A stretch of 64,000 nt of DNA, from positions 16,152-80,151 of the forward strand of contig CAVWTX010000011.1 in assembly GCA_963758065.1 (NCBI GenBank), given 5' to 3'. The position numbers and the translations under genes are program-made. Each line of letters starts with the position of its first letter. Within the stretch, counting starts at the first letter, position 1. Of this stretch, positions 59,277 to 64,000 are shown one piece after another. The notes under the pieces are model-generated. The model saw nothing but the letters and a program-made list of their open reading frames with translations. It was not told the origin of the DNA and searched no databases. This DNA is from an uncultured Thermoleophilia bacterium. Lineage in GTDB: Bacteria; Actinomycetota; Thermoleophilia; Gaiellales; Gaiellaceae.

Positions 59277-61264
59277 GCTCGAACCCGTATCAGCAGCGGC
59301 GGGCTCCGTCGGGCCGCTTCCTTCCGCCCGATCCCCGTGTGGTCGAACCGCATCGGCTGACGCCGCAGCTCGCGCTCCGGGTCGCGATCCTCGGTGTCGT
59401 CGCGCTCGTCGTCTTCACGATCCTCTTCTTCCGCCTCTGGTCGCTCCAGGTGCTCTCCGGAGACGAGCATCTCAACGTCGCGCAGAACAATCAGCTCCGC
59501 CTCGTGCGTGTGGAGGCGCCGCGAGGTCCCATCCTCGACCGCCGCGGTCGGGTGGTCGTATCGAACATCGCAGGTACGGCTGTCCAACTCTGGGTCGGCG
59601 ACATGCCGAAGGAGGGGCGATTCGAGCTCGTCCAGCGACTCGCGCGTGTGCTCGACGTCCCAGCCCGGGCTCTCGCCCGGGAGGTCGACGATCGGCGCCT
59701 CGATCCGCTCACGCCGATCACGGTCAAGACCGCCGTCGGTGAGCAGCAGGTCAACTACCTGTACGAGCACCAGGCGGAGTTCCCAGGGGTGGAGATCGTC
59801 CAGGTGTACCTCCGCGACTATGCCTACGGAGCGCTCGCCGCCCAGAGCATCGGCTACACGGGCGAGATCTCGCCTGAGGAGCTCGAGGGCCTCCGCCGGG
59901 ACGGCTACCGGCCGGGCGATCGGATCGGCAAGACGGGTATCGAAGCGGCCTACGACACCTATCTCCGCGGCCGGCCCGGGCTTGCGCAGATTCGCGTCAA
60001 CAACCTGGGCGACCCCCAATCCCCGATCGAGCTCCGTCAGGAGGCGAGGCCCGGTTACGCGCTGCGGCTCACTCTCGACATGAGACTGCAGCGAGTGGCG
60101 GAAGAAGCCCTCGAGTACGGGATCGATCTCGCGCACCAAAACAAGCACTGGGCGGCCAACGGAGGCGCGATTGTCGCGCTCGACCCACGCGACGGGGCCG
60201 TTCGGGCACTGGCCTCCGCTCCGACGTTCAAGCCTTCCGTGTTCGTCGGGCGCGTGGATCCGAGGAAACTCGACGACCTCTACAACGACGCGAGCAACCC
60301 GCTCTTCAACCGGGCGATCGCGGGCCTCTACCCACCGGGCTCGACCTGGAAACCGGTCACGGCCGTCGCCGGGATGCAGGAGCACGTGTTCTCCCCGTAC
60401 GAGTCGCTGCAGTGCACCCCCTCGGCCACGTATGGCCTCGACCGGCAGGTGTTTCGGAACTGGAATCCGTTCGTGAACCGCCCGATGACGTTGCCCGAGG
60501 CGCTGGCCGAGTCCTGTGACACGTACTTCTACGAGATCGGGAACGCGTTCTACGAAGGCGGTTCCGAAAGCCGTGTCCGCATGCAGCAATGGGCTCGCCG
60601 GCTCGGGTTCGGAGGCCCGACCGGGCTCGACGTCGGCGGCGAGGCAGATGGCCTGCTCCCGACGCCCGAGTGGCGGCGGAAGACGTTCGAGAGCGACTGG
60701 GATCGTGCGTGGAACCCCGGAGACTCGATCCAGCTCGCGATCGGCCAGAAGGACCTCCTCGTCACCCCGCTCCAGATGGCGGCGTTCTATGCCATGCTCG
60801 CGAACGGAGGAAATACCGTCACGCCCTACCTCGTCTCGAACGTCGAGCAGCCCGGCGGGGAAGGGTCCCCACGAGTCGTGCTGCGCCGGTTCGCGCCGCC
60901 ACCGCCGCAGCCGGCCGGCGTCGACGCCGGCGCTCTCACCGCGGTGCGTGACGGCCTCTATCTCGCGACGCACTCGGCGACAGGCACGTCGGCGGGGGTC
61001 TTTGCCAACTACTCCGTTCCGATCTCCGGTAAGACGGGAACGGCCGAGAAGGTGGTGCCGCTCCCGGGCTATCCCAGCGATCACCTCGAGGATCAGTCCT
61101 GGTGGTGTGGGTGGGGACCGTCCGACGCTGCACGGCTCGTGGTGTGCGCGCTGATCGAGAACGGCGGCCACGGCTCCAGTGCGGCGGCACCGGCGGCCCT
61201 GCGCGTTTTCGAGCGCTTCTTCGGCGTCGAGGCGCCGCCCAGCGTCGTAGTGGACACGGACTGA
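59273..61264 (+). CDS. mrdA: penicillin-binding protein 2 (elongasome transpeptidase)
   Basis: ATG at 59273 (ATGA with the mreD stop). TM anchor, STWK, KTGTAE. Confidence 0.9.
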   Translation: MSSNPYQQRRAPSGRFLPPDPRVVEPHRLTPQLALRVAILGVVALVVFTILFFRLWSLQVLSGDEHLNVAQNNQLRLVRVEAPRGPILDRRGRVVVSNIAGTAVQLWVGDMPKEGRFELVQRLARVLDVPARALAREVDDRRLDPLTPITVKTAVGEQQVNYLYEHQAEFPGVEIVQVYLRDYAYGALAAQSIGYTGEISPEELEGLRRDGYRPGDRIGKTGIEAAYDTYLRGRPGLAQIRVNNLGDPQSPIELRQEARPGYALRLTLDMRLQRVAEEALEYGIDLAHQNKHWAANGGAIVALDPRDGAVRALASAPTFKPSVFVGRVDPRKLDDLYNDASNPLFNRAIAGLYPPGSTWKPVTAVAGMQEHVFSPYESLQCTPSATYGLDRQVFRNWNPFVNRPMTLPEALAESCDTYFYEIGNAFYEGGSESRVRMQQWARRLGFGGPTGLDVGGEADGLLPTPEWRRKTFESDWDRAWNPGDSIQLAIGQKDLLVTPLQMAAFYAMLANGGNTVTPYLVSNVEQPGGEGSPRVVLRRFAPPPPQPAGVDAGALTAVRDGLYLATHSATGTSAGVFANYSVPISGKTGTAEKVVPLPGYPSDHLEDQSWWCGWGPSDAARLVVCALIENGGHGSSAAAPAALRVFERFFGVEAPPSVVVDTD

Positions 61265-62448
61265 TGATCGAGCTCGCCCAGCAGCCGCGCGTTCGACATT
61301 CCGCCAGAGCCGAGACTGCGCCGATCGCGTTCCTTCGGCGTCTCGACTGGGTGCTGCTCGCGGCGGCAACGGCCCTTGTCGGGTACGGGCTCTGGATCCT
61401 CTCGGGCATCACGCGCTTCGACGTCCCCGGTGACGAGAGCTACTTCGTCGTCCGCCAGGGAATCGCCGCCGGGATCGGCCTCGCCGGCCTGATCGTCGCC
61501 ACTGTGGTGCCCGTCGATCACGCAAGACGGCACTGGCAGCTCGTCTACGCCGCGACGCTCGCGCTCATGATCGTCGTCTTCGTCGCCGCCGAGACCATCC
61601 GCGGATCCAAGCGCTGGATCGATCTCGGCTTCATCCAGTTCCAGCCCTCGGAGCTCGGTAAGGTCCTGTTCGTCCTCGCCATCGCCGGATTCCTCGTAGA
61701 GCGCGTCGGACGTGCGACGAGGTGGCGGACGATCTTCTCGGCGATCGGCCTGGGCGCGGCCCCGATCCTGCTCGTGTTCATGCAGCCGGACCTGGGAACG
61801 GCACTCGTGTATGCGGCGGCCCTGTTCGCGGTCCTCTTCTTCATCGGCGTCCGCTGGCGCCAGCTGCTCGCCCTGCTTGCGATCGGCGCACTCGGAATCG
61901 CGGCCGTGCTCTGGCTCCTCCCCGAGGCGGGAATTCAGGTGCTGAAGCCCTACCAGGCGGCCCGTCTCACGCTCGACCCCCACGCGGATCCGAGCGGGAT
62001 CACGTACAACCTGAACCAGTCGATCACCGCGGTCGGTTCGGGCGGCCTCACCGGTCGCGGCGTCGTGGAGGCGAGCCAGACGCGACTCGACTACCTCCCC
62101 GAGCATGCAACGGATTTCGCGTTCGCCTCGCTCGCGGAGCAGCGCGGCTTCGTCGGATCGGCGATCCTGCTCCTGCTCTACCTCCTCGTCGTCTGGCGGG
62201 GTTTACGGGTCGTCACGGTGGCCGGGGATCTCTACAGTGCCGTTGTCGCGGGCGGGCTGGTGTTCGCGTTCCTCTTCCAGGTCTTCGTAAACGTCGGGAT
62301 GACGATGGGCGTGGCGCCGGTGACAGGCATTCCACTCCCGTTCGTGACGGTCGGAGGCTCGTCGATGGTCGCGAACCTCGTCCTCATCGGGGTGCTGCAA
62401 GGGATCCATGCTCGAGGCGAGCAACCCGCCGGAAGGCAACCTCTCTGA
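61264..62448 (+). CDS. rodA: rod shape-determining protein RodA (SEDS family)
   Basis: ATG at 61264 overlaps the mrdA stop. QPSELGKV, PDLGTALV, TGIPLPFVTVGGSSM. Confidence 0.9.
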   Translation: MIELAQQPRVRHSARAETAPIAFLRRLDWVLLAAATALVGYGLWILSGITRFDVPGDESYFVVRQGIAAGIGLAGLIVATVVPVDHARRHWQLVYAATLALMIVVFVAAETIRGSKRWIDLGFIQFQPSELGKVLFVLAIAGFLVERVGRATRWRTIFSAIGLGAAPILLVFMQPDLGTALVYAAALFAVLFFIGVRWRQLLALLAIGALGIAAVLWLLPEAGIQVLKPYQAARLTLDPHADPSGITYNLNQSITAVGSGGLTGRGVVEASQTRLDYLPEHATDFAFASLAEQRGFVGSAILLLLYLLVVWRGLRVVTVAGDLYSAVVAGGLVFAFLFQVFVNVGMTMGVAPVTGIPLPFVTVGGSSMVANLVLIGVLQGIHARGEQPAGRQPL

Positions 62449-62492
62449 GCGCCGCGGGACTCCGGGCGCTGGCCAACGAGGCGCGCAGCGTC

Positions 62493-63248
62493 GTGCAGAC
62501 CGCGCGCGACGAGCTCTCGCCCTCGGGCGTGGGCGCTGTCGCCGTCAGCGGCATGCTTGCCGAGCAGCTGGCCAAGGAGCTCGGCGCCGGAGCGGCGGCC
62601 GGTGCGGTTCTGGCCCATGACGACTCGCGCCTTCCGTTCGCCGACGTGCTCGTGCGGATCGTCGCGGGCGAGCCATCGGAGGAGGACGAGGCGCTCGTTC
62701 GTGCCGCCGATCGGCGCGATACGCCCGTCGTCGTCGTTCAGCTCTGGCCGCAAGAGGACTGGACGCCCCCCTTCGTGCTCTCGCCGTTCGTCGTGGAGTG
62801 CCGGGCGGGCAAAGGCTTCCCGCTGGGCGAGATCGCCGACCGGATCTTCGAGGCCTCGGAGCACGGCCCGCTTCTCGCAGCGCGTATCCCGGTGCTGAAG
62901 CGGGCCAGCGTCAGCGCCATCGTCCGGCGAGCCGTTCTTCGCGCTGCCGTTCTCGGTGTCGCTTCTTCCGGAAAGGGCGCCACGCGGCCGTTGATCGCTC
63001 TCGAGCAGGTTCGAATGCTCGCGCGCCTTCGTGCGACGACGACCGGCTCGCTCAAGACCGACGAGATGCCCGCGATCGCCGCCGGCGTTGGAGTGGCACT
63101 TGCATCGGGGTTCGTTTTTCGTGGTGTTGCCCGAGCCGCCCGAGAGGTATTGCCGGCGCCCGTCGCCGACGCCGGCGTCGGAGCAGCCGGGACGTGGGCG
63201 CTCGCGAAGGCGCTACTGGCGTTCGAGTCGCGACTCCCGTCTCGCTGA
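62493..63248 (+). CDS. hypothetical protein (soluble N-terminal part plus hydrophobic C-terminal part)
   Basis: C-terminal part of track ORF 61722..63248 after the rodA stop. Candidate starts are GTG 62493, GTG 62529 and ATG 62553. No family recognised. Confidence 0.5.
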   Translation: MQTARDELSPSGVGAVAVSGMLAEQLAKELGAGAAAGAVLAHDDSRLPFADVLVRIVAGEPSEEDEALVRAADRRDTPVVVVQLWPQEDWTPPFVLSPFVVECRAGKGFPLGEIADRIFEASEHGPLLAARIPVLKRASVSAIVRRAVLRAAVLGVASSGKGATRPLIALEQVRMLARLRATTTGSLKTDEMPAIAAGVGVALASGFVFRGVARAAREVLPAPVADAGVGAAGTWALAKALLAFESRLPSR

Positions 63249-63312
63249 CGCTCCAGCCGAGTCTGTCCGGACCGGGTCCTAGGATGCGGCCGGACCGAGC
63301 ATGGGAGGAGCG

Positions 63313-63507
63313 ATGCCGAACACCGAGCTGGCCGAGGAGCTCTTAGAGCTCGAGGAAGCCGATGCCTGGTTCGAGTACTTGGAGTCGACACGCGGCCAGT
63401 CCACGACACGGTACGCGGAGGTCGAGCCGTGGGCCTGGGCGCGTCTCTCTCAACGACTGCGCGCGGTTCGTGCGCGACGCGCACGGCTTCGCCCGGCCGC
63501 GGCGTGA
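63313..63507 (+). CDS. small acidic/basic hypothetical protein (64 aa)
   Basis: ATG at 63313 preceded by GGGAGGAG. MPNTELAEELLELEEADAWFEYLESTRGQ... Confidence 0.45.
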   Translation: MPNTELAEELLELEEADAWFEYLESTRGQSTTRYAEVEPWAWARLSQRLRAVRARRARLRPAAA

Positions 63508-63664
63508 CCGCGGATCACATCCGGGACGTCGAGACCTCGTTCCTCTCGGCTGCTACCGTTCGGTCAGGTCATGTCGACCGATGTCTTGAACCCACGCAGC
63601 GCGAGGCCGGGCACGCCAAAGGCGTCCCGGGGCCCGCGCGCGATCGAAATAGGAGATTTCCACC

Positions 63665-64000
63665 TTGGCACTACGCTGGTTTCGCTTTGGCAAGAAGCAG
63701 GAGGAAGAGGGCACGGCCCAAGAGGCCGTAGTCGAAGAAGCACAAGCACCGCCTGAGACCCAGGCACCGGAGCCCGAAGACGCGCAAGACGCGCCAGAGG
63801 GACCCAAGAAGCGGCGCAGACGCGGAAGTCGCGGCGGGCGCGGCAGGAAGAGAACGGGTGTGGCGGCGCACGCTGCCGGTGAGACGCCCGAGACGGCCAC
63901 GGCTCCGACGGATGCAAAACGCGCTGCGCCGGAGCGCAAGGCCGAACGCAAGGCGGACAAGCGTCCTGCGCGCAACAACCGGCGACGAACGCCGACGAAA
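63665..64000 (+). CDS. rne: Arg/Glu/Pro/Ala-rich low-complexity N-terminus running off the window; probably ribonuclease E/G
   Basis: TTG at 63665, 9 nt after AGGAG (63651-63655). The frame stays open to the window end (ALRWFRFGKKQEEEG...KKRRRRGSRGGRGRKR...). Actinobacterial Rne carries such tails and lies near ndk. The catalytic domain is not visible. Confidence 0.45.
   Translation, partial: MALRWFRFGKKQEEEGTAQEAVVEEAQAPPETQAPEPEDAQDAPEGPKKRRRRGSRGGRGRKRTGVAAHAAGETPETATAPTDAKRAAPERKAERKADKRPARNNRRRTPTK

Overview
High-GC chromosomal core segment of an Actinomycetota-like bacterium. The synteny blocks are tig-clpP-clpX, valS-folC-ndk, mreB-mreC-mreD-mrdA-rodA and then an rne-like start. I can support about 60 protein-coding genes, three tRNAs (His-GTG, Arg-TCG, Leu-TAG, all on the minus strand) and one orphan tRNA-His 3' fragment. 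I found no CRISPR array, transposase, integrase, prophage genes or rRNA. Four things stand out. (1) At least about 30 single-base frame disruptions split otherwise recognisable genes, including essential valS (3) and folC (2), while neighbouring blocks are clean. This looks like consensus error more than genome decay, and it means many ORF-track entries are fragments or artificial fusions. (2) A 32-nt copy of the tRNA-His 3' end lies 4 kb from the intact tRNA-His. The pair brackets one giant Zn-ribbon/class III cyclase/STAND-ATPase/TPR gene plus an AT-richer non-coding tract, which is an att-like island signature without an integrase. (3) A paralogous cyclase-STAND-TPR gene sits in tandem with a Ser/Thr kinase. 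(4) Other points are a translationally coupled minus-strand operon (Leu/Phe dehydrogenase, MetE-like, citryl-CoA-lyase-like, PaaK-like ligase, VOC, GST), an HTH-LAGLIDADG-like gene beside tRNA-Leu, and 14-nt phased GGTCNGACC palindrome arrays just upstream of two genes. All functional calls come from motif and family recognition by eye. No database search was run.
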